DNA of 63,980 bases, the filler included, from Octopus bimaculoides (Eukaryota): NCBI RefSeq assembly GCF_001194135.2. It is 9 parts of 8 records of this genome, joined end to end, with 100 filler letters (N's around TTAATTAATTAA, not from the genome) between each part and the next. Parts side by side here need not be neighbours in the genome. Positions count along the whole stretch, not along the records: positions 48,331 to 57,033 come from NC_068997.1; positions 57,134 to 62,593 come from NC_068983.1; positions 62,694 to 63,980 come from NC_068986.1; 6 more parts are not named here. One strand, 5' to 3'. The first letter of the stretch is position 1. Each line of letters begins with the position of its first letter. A program made the translations under genes and the position numbers. The notes beneath the pieces are model-generated. The model saw only the letters and a program-made list of their open reading frames with translations, did no database searches and had not been told where the DNA came from. Shown piece after piece: positions 50,406 through 63,620 of this stretch.

Positions 50406-51346
50406 TGGAATTGCCACTAGTTACGTTCACTCAACCGTGACAGCTTTAACTTACGGCGCTAAACATATCGTCACATGACATTATATAAATGACGCGCGTA
50501 TAATTATCGTCTACCATTTTCACTCACCAGGCAATCAATTATTTAAATGCGGCTTGAGTAAGTTAAGGCAGTTCGTTCTAGGCTATCAAGCAACCATGTA
50601 GAGGCTTCCCCTTGGTTTCCATGGTGGTCGTATTGATGGTGGTAATAGTAGCGTTGATAGTGGTCGTAGTGGTGATGATGGTTTGATGGTTGTCGTGGTG
50701 GTCGTAGTGATGTAAGGTTCGTGGTTGTGGTAGTGATGGTGATAACGTTGGCGGTGGTAGTGATAGTGATGGTGATAATAGTGGTGGTAATGGCAGGGGG
50801 TAGTGACAGAGGTGGTAGGGTTCATAGCATTCGTGGTGGTGATGGTGGTGATGGTACTTGTGAAGAGGTGGTGGAAGGTGTAGTCGTCGCAATCGTGATA
50901 TGACAACAGTAATTAGTAATTAATTAATTAATTATTTATTTACAGTATATATATTGGAGAATCTATAATTTTAATCTAAAATATATGATACGACCACCGT
51001 TTTAGTCTGGTGTCTTATGCAAACAACGAGTCTAAACAAATGTTTTTATCTCCCCAAACTGTCCCACTGTGTACGATAGGGGTTAGTTGGGGAAGTTAAA
51101 AGTGTGTACGTGTGTGTATGTGTGAGAGAGAGAGAGAGAGTGTGTGTGCGTGTTTGGATGGGTATTGTGTTTGTAGTATGGAGGCAATTATGCAAATAAA
51201 CAAATTAGATATGTTAAATATAACAATATGGGTAAGAGATACAAAATATGTATACATGCATACATGCAAAACGGGAGAATGCAAAAAGTGAAGACTTTCA
51301 GACGAAGAATATTTAAGTATACATATATTGATATTTATATTAATAG

Positions 51347-51534
51347 ATCCAACTGACGCAGAGTACAAACGACAGAGAAAATTAAAGGGGAGGCAAAAAG
51401 GTGTTATAAGTCCAACAGCTGTTTCTGGGGGCTCAGAGATTCATAATAATGTTGGTAGATGTAGTTCCTCACAATATGCGGCCGAAATGGAAGCAGTCAA
51501 CATTGGATATATGGAGCCTCCCTCATCAGGGTAG
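51347..51534 (+). CDS. Speculative terminal coding exon (D-PTDAEYKRQRKLKGRQKGVISPTAVSGGSEIHNNVGRCSSSQYAAEMEAVNIGYMEPPSSG*), no recognised homologue
   Basis: AT-rich acceptor tttatattaatag| at 51346, open frame of 61 codons in non-repetitive DNA with protein-like composition. Confidence 0.25.
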
Positions 51535-51614
51535 AAACGATCTTACATTTCACTTCATAATGCAGAGGTGTTTGTAGTAACACTTTCGGTATGCAAATTA
51601 GGGACTCCTTCATA

Positions 51615-51706
51615 GAGAATAAGTCCTGGGGTCGATTTCTTCGACTAAAAGGCGGTGCTCCAGCATGGTCGCAGTCAAATAGCTGAAACAAGCGAAAAAA
51701 TAAAAG
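51615..51706 (+). mobile_element. SINE family B, 3' end
   Basis: gaataagtcctggggtcgatttcttcgactaaaaggcggtgctccagcatggtcgcagtcaaatagctgaaacaag. Confidence 0.88.
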
Positions 51707-53282
51707 CATATCTATTTATTTCGTGATTCTCCCATCATTTTTTCAATCAAGATGGCGCTCTTCTTCCCGTTTACGTATAAAACAAAAACAAACCGTATTT
51801 TAGCATATCAGGGACGACAGCCTCTGAAACAGTCTACATTTGAGACGGTGAAGTGTGATCTTAGAGAGAGACTTGGCTGTTTTTTCTAGCACAGCGAACA
51901 ACCGGCAAGAAATTTCCTTATTGTCTCGTTATATTATCATTTTGTGAACTCATACGAAACACCACCTGACATATGGAATTACCAAAAATATCTAATCATA
52001 ATAATAAATGCGTTGTCATTTTATAAGCGAGGTAGATTTAGGTAAGAACATCAAATTAGTCGACAATGTATATATGTATAGCAGACACGCTACAATGTTG
52101 GCGATATCTTCAAGTATACCTTGTGAGGGAGGCAAGTGTTCAGTTATCATGATATATGGTATGTTATTCTAGTAAACTAGCGGCATGGGTGACATTTATC
52201 ATCCGTATTATGGGAATTTCAAAAAAAAATAATATTCTCAATGCACCTAGAGATAATGGCTCCTTCCCGTATGGCGAATTCTATTGCTTTTTATGTCTCA
52301 TTTAAGCCAGAGATAGTCTTTTTTTTTTATTATTGACAAGTGTGACATTCAACTCAAGCAATTATTGGCCATAATAATATTTGCCATTTATATCTTCTAC
52401 ATCAGTTTCTGCCTTCAGTTTGGAGTTCACATATTGAAAGGCTAATTCAATTTTGTAGGAGCATTTTACAACTGCGATGATGATTGATTTATTGTCTTCC
52501 TTGCGGTGATGTCCTCAGTGATGCACAGTAGAGGCTTATTTAATTTATTTATTTACGTATTTATTTACATATATTTATTTATTTTGCGTTGGAGATCTGG
52601 TTTGTAGTGTTAAGAAATATCTTACTACAACCGTTTCTCTGTCGCTCAATAGACTCCTGACACTTTCGTTTTCTTGAATGTCAGATTTGTAGCGAAATAT
52701 ACGATGCCTTTCTTCTTCTTCTTCTTCTTCTTCTTCTTCTTCTTCTTCTTCTTCTTCTTCTTCTTCTTCTTCTTCTTCTTCTTCTTCTTCTTCTTCTTCT
52801 TCTTCTNNNNNNNNNNNNNNNNNNNNNNNNNNNNNNNNNNNNNNNNNNNNNNNNNNNNNNNNNNNNNNNNNNNNNNNNNNNNNNNNNNNNNNNNNNNNNN
52901 NNNNNNNNNNNNNNNNNNNNNNNNNNNNNNNNNNNNNNNNNNNNNNNNNNNNNNNNNNNNNNNNNNNNNNNNNNNNNNNNNNNNNNNNNNNNNNNNNNNN
53001 NNNNNNNNNNNNNNNNNNNNNNNNNNNNNNNNNNNNNNNNNNNNNNNNNNNNNNNNNNNNNNNNNNNNNNNNNNNNNNNNNNNNNNNNNNNNNNNNNNNN
53101 NNNNNNNNNNNNNNNNNNNNNNNNNNNNNNNNNNNNNNNNNNNNNNNNNNNNNNNNNNNNNNNNNNNNNNNNNNNNNNNNNNNNNNNNNNNNNNNNNNNN
53201 NNNNNNNNNNNNNNNNNNNNNNNNNNNNNNNNNNNNNNNNNNNNNNNNNNNNNNNNNNNNNNNNNNNNNNNNNNNNNNNNNN

Positions 53283-53328
<46 letters not shown>

Positions 53329-53548
53329 TCGCGTGGACATATGTATGTATGTATGTATGTATGTATGTGCATGAAGTTTCCATTGCATTCATTTCACCGC
53401 CATATTAGCTATATCACCGAAGATCACGGGTTTGGAACTGTGTGAGGAAATTAGTCTGTGCCTAGAGAACTCTGGTTTGTTGTGTGTACAGTTTTGTACA
53501 ATTCCACATCGAAGCACTTAATGGATAGGGCTCTACTATGTCCATTCC

Positions 53549-53581
<33 letters not shown>

Positions 53582-54299
53582 GGTGGTGGTGGTGAGGCGG
53601 GTAGCGGGTTTATAAATTCTACCTTATTTCGTGTCAATGTGTTTTTCAGCAGAAGTAAAAAAAAATAGGGTGGAACATGAAACACAGAAACAAACGCGTC
53701 ATCAGTTATTACAACAATGCGATTTCAAGTGAGAGTTATTGAAGCTGCAACGAAAGATAAATAATGACGAAGCGAACCATGCTAATTCGATGATTTTATA
53801 TATATATATATATATATATACTCTTTTTCTTTGTGTGAGTGTGAGAATGTGATTTTAGTTTGTTTTTGTTGTATTTTTCTTCGGGGCGGAATTTGCAAGG
53901 CTGGATAAAGTTATTGAATCAGCCTCAGAAGATGTCAAATCCAAAAGTTTTTGCCAGCAAAGGTGTAGATAACCAAAGATGGAAAAGGCACAACGACAGT
54001 GAAGCACCTATCATTTTTGCAAACATATTTCTTTTTCACGCTCTGAACTGCCGAAGCAGAGAATAAACTACCCCCGTCACTCGTTTCCTGTCACTTGTTA
54101 CTGTAGTCATCAAAAATTCCATGCTTCTTTCCTGCAATCCACCAAAATAAGCCTTCAACAACCTCTTTTCTCTTTGTGGCCGTCGCCTACCACAAAACCA
54201 TTCCTCAAAAAATTCCATGTTTCCTGCAATGTTTCCGATGTATGTGTTTATGCGTATGTGTGTGCGTACGTGTGGTTTTGGACTATGCAGCGTTTGTGC

Positions 54300-54620
54300 T
54301 TTTGTTATTGTTGTTGTTTCCGAAACCTATGATGGAAGATGTTCCAACCGTGACCATCTTTTCTTTTTTCAAATATGGCGTTATTTAAGATCGCTTAATT
54401 TGATATATTCTTCTTTTTCTAGAGACGTGAGATTTCATTAAGTTCTTGTTCTCGTTTGTTGTCGCTGTTGTTCTCGTTATGGTTGTTGTCTTTGCAATTA
54501 TTGCTGCATATCTTTGACCGGCACTGATATAAGCAGACTTACAATCAAAGACGCTTCAGCCGTGGCCATCCCGTCTCATTTATTTACTTATTTTTGCACA
54601 TTAGGAGACTATTCTTATCA
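54300..54620 (+). repeat. Two degenerate units related to the 1-1280 tandem array
   Basis: gttccaaccgtgaccatc (54341) and acgcttcagccgtggccatcccgt (54551) match the array anchor and are followed by T-rich and ttca.ata segments. Confidence 0.55.
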
Positions 54621-54744
54621 ATGTGGTTTTTTACTTCTTGCTTTTATAAGCGAAATCTAACGGAGCTGGTTTTTGAATAACAGACGCATTTCTTAATGCA
54701 AGTAGGGGCTTTCGATATGATAAGAGAGATGAGATTTTAAACAA

Positions 54745-55031
<287 letters not shown>

Positions 55032-55549
55032 TTCGTGTATGTGTTTATCCTGCAACAACGGAAGTAGTTCTCTAGCAACAGAAGTATCAAATTTAGTTTC
55101 TTGATATGCTTTATTTAATAAATGCCATCCTTAATTCTAAAGTATCTCACCAAACAATTTGGTAATAAATCTGTTATATCGGTGCAAGATAAGCAGAAAT
55201 AATGTTTGCCTTCTCTTCGCTCTCAAAAACTAACAAAAGAAACATGAAAGCTTATTACTTAGGGAGTTTTCCACAAACGTTATATATTACATTACCTAGT
55301 TCCCTTAATGGTCGTTAAACATTTTCTGTCATCATTTATATTCTCTGTAATTATTCTGTAATTATTTGTCTGCCTGTCTGCCTGTATCTCTCCCTCTCTC
55401 TCGCTCATTCTCTCTCTCGCTCATTCTCTCTCTCTCACTTCCGATTTCTCTCTATCCACACATATCTATCTATCTCTTTATCTGTCCCTCTGCCTGCCTG
55501 TCTGTACATACCTATGCATGTATTCTTTTATTCTTTTATTTGAACAAAT

Positions 55550-55692
55550 CAAAGCCAGGACTTATTCTTTGTAAGTCTAGAACTTGTTCTATTGGTCTCT
55601 TTGGCCGAACCGCTAAGTTACGGGGACATAAACATACCAACATTGGTTGTCAAGCGATGGTGGTGGGGGGACAAAACAAACACACAAACACA

Positions 55693-55725
<33 letters not shown>

Positions 55726-56275
55726 NNNNNNNNNNNNNNNNNNNNNNNNNNNNNNNNNNNNNNNNNNNNNNNNNNNNNNNNNNNNNNNNNNNNNNNNNNN
55801 NNNNNNNNNNNNNNNNNNNNNNNNNNNNNNNNNNNNNNNNNNNNNNNNNNNNNNNNNNNNNNNNNNNNNNNNNNNNNNNNNNNNNNNNNNNNNNNNNNNN
55901 NNNNNNNNNNNNNNNNNNNNNNNNNNNNNNNNNNNNNNNNNNNNNNNNNNNNNNNNNNNNNNNNNNNNNNNNNNNNNNNNNNNNNNNNNNNNNNNNNNNN
56001 NNNNNNNNNNNNNNNNNNNNNNNNNNNNNNNNNNNNNNNNNNNNNNNNNNNNNNNNNNNNNNNNNNNNNNNNNNNNNNNNNNNNNNNNNNNNNNNNNNNN
56101 NNNNNNNNNNNNNNNNNNNNNNNNNNNNNNTCCGTCTACGAAATCTACTCAAAGGCTTCGGTCGATCCGAGACTATAATAGAAGACACTTGCCCAAGGTG
56201 CCACGCAGTAGGACTGAACCCGGAACCATGTGGGTGATAAGCAAGCTTCTCACCAAACAACCACTCCTGCGCCTG
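55550..56275 (-). mobile_element. SINE family B, full length, centre in gap
   Basis: 3' module at 55550-55700 and head at 56131-56275 (gacacttgcccaaggtgccacgcagtaggactgaacccggaacc..cctgcgcc). Confidence 0.9.
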
Positions 56276-56461
56276 TATGTATGTATATTTTTATTAATAT
56301 TTGGTAATGGATTAACTCAAGGTCCGAGAGTTGCCAACACACGAATCTCTCGGCCCTTGAGTCACTCTGTTGCTTCTGCTAAATATTAATAAACAGAATA
56401 CATATACTCATAATTTCAGTTCTATTTTACCTGATTGCATTACCACACCTGTATGTATGTG

Positions 56462-56508
<47 letters not shown>

Positions 56509-56971
56509 GTCTCTCTATTGTCTTCTGTCTATGTCTAGCTAGCTACCTGCCAACCAGCCTATGTATGTATGTATGTATGTATGTATGTATGTATGTATGT
56601 ATCTATCTATCTATCTATCTATCTATCACACACACACACATACAGAGTTTGTTGTTCTCCACAAGTCCTCAAGGATGGGCGCAACAGAGGAATGTCAACA
56701 AAGGCGAACCCAAAACCCAGACTTGTGCTTTGTGTGAATGCCTGGAAGCTACAGATGGATTTGAAGGAAACACACAACGACGATGTAATGTCACTAAGTC
56801 TGATCTCGTCTCACGGTGGCTTAACGAAATAAAATACTCTCGATGCCTTGGGAATACAATATGAAGTGAACGGCCAAAATATGAGACGACTTCAAGAGTT
56901 ATGAAGGGAGGCAGTGTTTCTTTGTAAGGGGTGGGGGCAGTGGAGATTGAAAACGGGATGGAAAGACCGCT

Positions 56972-57033
<62 letters not shown>

Positions 57034-57450
57034 NNNNNNNNNNNNNNNNNNNNNNNNNNNNNNNNNNNNNNNNNNNNTTAATTAATTAANNNNNNNNNNN
57101 NNNNNNNNNNNNNNNNNNNNNNNNNNNNNNNNNTTTGACCGACCCCTCTTCTGAGCCTTCTTCCTGACAAAGGCGTCAATGCAATCAGGCGCCCGAGTAC
57201 GCTGTCAAGGGACGGGGCTTGCATATAGGCGATGGCATTCGTCTCAAGGCGCGATGGCACCGCCACGGTAAAAAACGGTACCGGCTTCGACTCGACTGTG
57301 CGCCTTAGACTCGGCTTTGGTTTCGCAGGACAAAACACCGGAATGGACAGTTTGCGCGTGTAGCTATTTGACGTGTCACGCGTGGGACCGCCCACATTAA
57401 TCCCAGGGGAAAAGCTTGCATATCCGCGCATGCTCCGCCGCGCTACGCAG

Positions 57451-58330
57451 GGTCTTTGTATTTTGAAAGTTTCTCCATTTCTTTTAGAGAAACGTTGTTA
57501 TCTGCTGGTATTGATACATCAATTAGAAAGTATTTTTTCCTTCATGTTCTTTGACAACTATATCTGGCCTATTGGCCTTAATTTCTCTATCTGGGTGTAT
57601 TGGCATATCCCAGAGTATGGTTGCTTTCTCGTTTTCTGTTACCTTTTCTGGCGTGTGCCTATACTATCTTTTTTGTGTTGTTATTCCATACATAGTGTTG
57701 GCATAGCTTCCAGTGTACGTAGGTCCCAGCTCTGTCATGTCTGTGAATATATTCCTTCTTAGCATCCAGAGATAATATGATATATTTTTTCTTGTCCATC
57801 GCCACATATTCTGCAGTTACTTGTTATGTTTCTTTTCATTATAGGTTTTTGGTAATTTCTGGTGGGGAGGTTTTGCTCTTGTGCTGCAATTTGAAATCCT
57901 CCAGGCTTTTCTTTGAGTCCTGACTTTCTCAAACATTGCTGGGATTTTTCTCTGTCCATTTCGTTTGCATTTAGTTTAGCCCAGTATTTGCTATTATGGA
58001 GCTGTTCTTGCCATCATTCTATCATGGTCGGTTGCTGTTCTAGTTTTAGTTTGGATTTCATTTGTATTATAGCTTTTGTTGTTACTTTTTCTTCTTCATA
58101 TTTGTTAGGTAATATGGTTTCTTGTTTGTATTTGTCAGCTTTCTTAAATATTGAAAACAGTTATTTGTTTTGCTCGTGTTTTGTTGCCACTTGTATTAGT
58201 TTTCTTTGCTTCTGAAGTAGGTAATTTTGCAGTCCTATGGTGGTTATTTTATAATAGCTTTCAAGATGTACAAGGCCTCTATCACGTTCTGAACGTCGTA
58301 TATTTATAGCCTTTCTATGTCAGATGTTGG
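57451..58330 (-). mobile_element. R4/Dong-like non-LTR retrotransposon remnant (end of RT, CCHC knuckle, restriction-like endonuclease)
   Basis: Minus frames: RRSERDRGLVHLESYY, IAAQEQNLPTRNYQK, CRICGDGQEKIYHIISGC (CCHC), ANRPDIVVK..IDVSIPADNNVSLKEMEKLSKYKD (PD-x-D RLE motif); frameshifted. Confidence 0.92.
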
Positions 58331-58399
58331 GTGGTGCATCCTAGATACTGTCATTATTTTTCTTGTTTTCCTGTCTTTTTTGGTTAGTTTATTTATTTA

Positions 58400-58542
<143 letters not shown>

Positions 58543-60033
58543 TAGTTGAAAAAGTGTGAGATATCTCAATAGACATACCGCGAGAGAGTGTCTGACGTAG
58601 AGGTTGGGTACTGAAAGTCAAGAGAAAATCTTGATAAGTTCATGAGACTTAAGCAACTGCACTGTCCCATCTATACGAACAGAATACATGGACATCCTTC
58701 ATTGATGCTGTGTAAGTGATCAAAGATGAAAAAGAACCTTTACACTTTTCAGGAATCATATGTACATGGGTACGTTGTGCAAACATTACCCGGATTTATC
58801 GGACCCAGTATAAATAACGATGGATTTTATATTTCTGTTGTTCACGTGTATAAAGTAACGATGGATAAAAGTTTGACATCTCATATCAACATCATAGTCG
58901 TGTACATGCATCAATTTTTTTTATTCCATTTCTTATATTGGAGAATATATGCATCATTCTTGGTTTTTAATGTGAAGTAACATAATATTTAATTTTTAAC
59001 TGAAAAAGTTATGTTTGTATAAGTTTATGTTTAATCTCTGGACACACATTAAACCCTTCATTGCAATTATGTACTGATGCAGGCCATGTGATTGTTTAAA
59101 ATATTGATTTATCACTGTAAGATATATCAAAATACAACTATTATTGTCTGCCTTCATGCCATTTGAAAATATAGATGGAATTTCCTTTGTATTGTTAATA
59201 TTACAACATAAAATTTAATGTGGCTGGTCCTCAGAAAAATATACATTAAAAATTATATTCACTACCTTCATAGCGATTGTTTATTTTGTCTGATTTCAAT
59301 CTTGTTTCTTGAAAAACATTAATAAATAATACGAGAAATGAAAACTATATTGAATTTCAAAGAGATGCAAAAAGGAAAAATTGTTTATGAATTGCAAAAT
59401 AGCATGCTGTTAATATTGCGCAAAAGAATATAAAATTATTCTCCTTTAGTCTTCAGTGCAACGAATTCAGGGACCAACATCAGCAAAGAAAATAATAATT
59501 TGAATTTAGTGATTCGTCCTTATTTGGTAAACATATTTTTACATTTAAAATAAACTATTCAAAATTTAACTGTAGCAGATTTACATTTGATATTATATAC
59601 TCAAATTGACTTATATGCCACGAAAAATTTAGCAATTTAATGAACACTATTCATTTTCAAATATATTGGGTGCTATGACATCTTTGGTTTTAATTAAAGA
59701 GAATAATGAAAGTGACATTTTAAACTGGTTCATTGCCGGAAAAGTAATTCTGTAACTTATTCTTATGCAGACTATGTTATTTACGTAGAGAGCAAATGTG
59801 AACTTCTGTTTCCAAGACAGCTGTTTGCACATCTGACTACACACAAACACATATACATACATACATACAACTATAACCGAGTCATGGACAGTCCGTCGTA
59901 GTTTCATAACTGTATATTGCATGTCTCATTCTATATGTGCTGCAGGGTAAGGCTATAAAACCAAGTGTGTGGGTCACTGACTTGCAAGTTGAAGTCCATC
60001 TTAAACAAATCCACGTCATCGGGGATTCTTCAC

Positions 60034-60105
60034 CTCTGATTGTGTTTTGCATCCAATCAAATTGTAAAAATCAATCTCGGCAGTAGCTGCCCAAGTTTCT
60101 TTATG
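60034..60105 (-). CDS. Speculative 72-nt internal exon (HKETWAATAEIDFYNLIGCKTQSE), no recognised homologue
   Basis: Long pyrimidine tract tctttctttttctcctgtctgttattttgtcag| and donor GAG|GTGAAG; open in phase 0. Confidence 0.2.
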
Positions 60106-60645
60106 CTGACAAAATAACAGACAGGAGAAAAAGAAAGATTTGTACAGAATGTGACATCCCGTCATTCTCTCATACTCTTTATAATACTTGGAATCAAAGA
60201 CTTGGATTATGTTCTTGATAACAACATTTCGCTTCTCTTTTCCGAGAATGACGATTTCCTTCTTATCTGCGAATCATCTTATAGCAAAGTTTGGGAAAGT
60301 AGAGAGGAATGTAAGCTAATTAATTCTTTTATCAACTTGGGTGTGAATGAAAACGTAAAAACGTATTACAGGGATATGATCTTTATAAATGAATCGAAAC
60401 TTTATTTTAACAAAAAAACTAAGTTTTACTTTACTTTTTTGTTTACATAAGTCTTTCTTTTAATATTAGATATTTAAAATAAAAACTTAGAGCATGGGAA
60501 TGGATAAATGTATGAAGACTACATTTTACTCACAGAAATATAAACTTTGCCGGTTGTTTTTGTTTACGCTCCAATTTTGAACTAATCGACAAGAAAATGC
60601 TGGGCTAATATGCAAAAATTCGGCTATGGTTTAAAAGTTTTTTTA

Positions 60646-61041
60646 AAAGGCAAGACTGTCTGTGTGGTCGGAGGTTTTCTTCGCAAACATATGGTTCCGG
60701 GCTCAGTCCCACAGCGTGGTACATTGGGCAAGCATATGTTACTCTAGCCTCGGGGGTGACCAACACCTTGGTAGTGGATTTGGTAGACAGGAACTGTAAG
60801 GAACCCGTCGTATATAAGTAACAATGCGTGTGTATCCCTGTGTCTGTCTTTGTCACCCATACCGCTTCCTAACGTATCTTGGTGTAATTGATTCCATGTA
60901 AATTAGTGGTTTGACAAGGGTTTTCAAAAGAATAAGAACGAAGCTTAACAAAATGTACTGTGGTGGATTCATTCGACTAAACATTTTTCAAGGCAATTCC
61001 CTAGAATGACCGAAGTCAAATGACTGAACTAGTAAAAGAAG
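60646..61041 (+). mobile_element. SINE family B, full length, old and diverged
   Basis: atggttccgggctcagtcccacagcgtggtacattgggcaagc..gtggatttggtagacagg..gtcaaatgactgaactagtaaaag. Confidence 0.85.
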
Positions 61042-62693
61042 AAAAATGAAGTATATAATCATCAGTACCGAATAATCGTAAGAAATCAACAAGAAACTAG
61101 CAAATTAATTAAACACTCATTTCTATTCAGTTCTAAAATTGTTTGACTACGAGGACAGCATTAAGCCTTTTCCATAGGCACGTCTTGATCTCTGCTGCAC
61201 AAGACAGTAGCTGACAGCGCGTGTGTTGGTTTATAGGCAAGTAGTAAAGGAATTTGCTTTACTCTACCTTTCTATCTCTTTACTTCTCTAGTCGTTTTTA
61301 TTCTGTTTTTTCTATGTTGAGAACTCCCTTACAATGAAATGACTGAAAAGAAGAAGAGAAATGCCTGCTTCTGTCTGCCTTTGCCTATATTATCCAAGTT
61401 TACATATGAGAAAATAAAATTAAGAACAAAAACTGGAAATCAATTAATTTACTGGTTTTCTTTCTTTTCTCGCTTAACAAACTGGAGCTTTCTCTACTTA
61501 AATGATATCGATTGTTTACAATAGATACTAAGAAATGAAGAAACGGGAAATACGAAACTTTACCACGAGTACAATGGCGATGGCGATAATTAGCAACCGT
61601 ATATTTTACATGACAAAAAAATTGTTGTAGACAAACGGTAGGATTNNNNNNNNNNNNNNNNNNNNNNNNNNNNNNNNNNNNNNNNNNNNNNNNNNNNNNN
61701 NNNNNNNNNNNNNNNNNNNNNNNNNNNNNNNNNNNNNNNNNNNNNNNNNNNNNNNNNNNNNNNNNNNNNNNNNNNNNNNNNNNNNNNNNNNNNNNNNNNN
61801 NNNNNNNNNNNNNNNNNNNNNNNNNNNNNNNNNNNNNNNNNNNNNNNNNNNNNNNNNNNNNNNNNNNNNNNNNNNNNNNNNNNNNNNNNNNNNNNNNNNN
61901 NNNNNNNNNNNNNNNNNNNNNNNNNNNNNNNNNNNNNNNNNNNNNNNNNNNNNNNNNNNNNNNNNNNNNNNNNNNNNNNNNNNNNNNNNNNNNNNNAGTT
62001 CAAAGAATGGAAAAACGGAGGAAGAAAAACTCGGCACCGATGCCCACGAGGTTACATTGTGGAAGGACCGGAAGAGGAGGTGGTGGGGGAAAAGTTATTT
62101 CTAAGACAGGAGAGAGAAAAAGGGAGGTGAATATGTGTGCGTGCGCAGAAGTGTCTGCAAGTGTGTGTGTAATAACAGAACGTGTGTGTGCGTATGTATG
62201 TGTGTGTCTTTGTGTGAGCGTGGTTTGGTGGTTTATCTGTTAGTGTGCATGTGTGTGTGTGTGTGTCACGTTGTGGAAGGAATTAGTAGCAGGGATAGTT
62301 AGTGGGTGCTTATGGACAATGGTCAGTGGTAGGTCAGCAGGCTGTTTATGAGTATGTGTGTGTTCGTGTGTGTGTTTGTGTGGGGTTGTAGGTGTTGGGT
62401 ACGTGTACGTGTGTGTGTGTGTATTTTGTACGTGCGCGTGTGTGTATGTGTATGTTTTTGTGCGTGCGTGTGTGTTTGTGTGTATGTGTATGTTGTGTAT
62501 ATGTGCGTTGCTGTGTACGAGTGTGTGCGTGCGTTTGCTTCTGTATGTGCGTGTGTTGTTTATGCCCATGTGTGTGTGATTGTATGCGTGTCTNNNNNNN
62601 NNNNNNNNNNNNNNNNNNNNNNNNNNNNNNNNNNNNNTTAATTAATTAANNNNNNNNNNNNNNNNNNNNNNNNNNNNNNNNNNNNNNNNNNNN

Positions 62694-63247
62694 GAAGAAG
62701 AAGAAGAAGAAGAAGAAGAAGGAGGAGGAGGAGGAGAAGAAGAAGAAGAAGAAGAAGAAGAAGAAGAAGAAGGAGAAGAAGGAGAAGACGAAGAAGAAGA
62801 AGAACAAGAACAAGAAGAAGGAGGAGAAGAAGAAGAAGAAGAAGAAGAAGAAGAAGAAGAAGAAGAAGAAGAAGAAGAAGAAGAAGAAGAAGAAGAAGAA
62901 TGAGAGAGTGACAGGCGTAAAAACAGGAAAGTGTTGAAATAGGATATATTTTTAAAGAATATAGAGAGAACGGAAGAAATTTGAGAAAGAGATATGCAGA
63001 TAAATAGATAGGAAGGTAGGGAGGTAGGGAGGTATTTAGATAGATAGTTAGATAGTATAGAGAGAGGGGGAGTGTGAGTGAGAGAGAGAGTGATAAACAG
63101 ACAGATAGTTAGAGTGATAGAGAGAGGGAGAGAGAGAGAAGGAGACAGACAGACAGACAAGCAATCTGATATAGACAGATATACAGACAGACAGATAGAT
63201 GGGTAGATAGATAGATACATAGATAATAGATAGAGAGAGAGAGAGAA

Positions 63248-63318
<71 letters not shown>

Positions 63319-63323
63319 TAGAT

Positions 63324-63413
<90 letters not shown>

Positions 63414-63415
63414 TT
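62694..63415. repeat. (GAA)n and compound (GA)/(GACA)/(GATA)n microsatellites
   Basis: Direct reading. Confidence 0.95.
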
Positions 63416-63539
63416 CAAAGAGTTAGACGGAGAGAGCGAGAGAGGGGAGCAGGTAGAGTGGAACGAAGAGGTATCTCATGAACGACCTAATTTACTTATA
63501 AAGGAAAGTGTTAATGGCTTGCAATTATTTCAGGCATCG

Positions 63540-63620
63540 TATGTGATGACATCACTTCCTCTTGGCAGAGACGTCGGCCAATCAGATTGCATCTTCCCAT
63601 CGAGAACGCCAATGGTTGAT
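63540..63620. promoter_or_regulatory. Candidate TATA-less promoter (CRE-like, ETS, tandem CCAAT boxes)
   Basis: TGACATCA at 63547, CACTTCCT at 63553, GGCCAATCAG (CCAAT at 63578) and CGCCAATGG (CCAAT at 63609), in CpG-containing unique sequence. Confidence 0.35.

Noticed and set aside
51510-51532. Minus-strand CTGATGAG hammerhead-like start
   Set aside because: No GAAA after the putative helix II
56370-56864. 164-aa ORF ending in a Cys-containing segment (TCALCECLE..RRCNV)
   Set aside because: Two thirds is microsatellite-derived; the remainder has no recognisable domain or good splice sites
58726-58980. 84-aa ORF / possible 102-nt plus-strand exon at 58753-58854
   Set aside because: Weak donor and no recognisable homology; indistinguishable from chance in AT-rich DNA
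62642-63418. 258-aa ORF and other YIYI/THTH/CVCV/SLSL ORFs throughout the track
   Set aside because: These are translations of di- and tetranucleotide microsatellites
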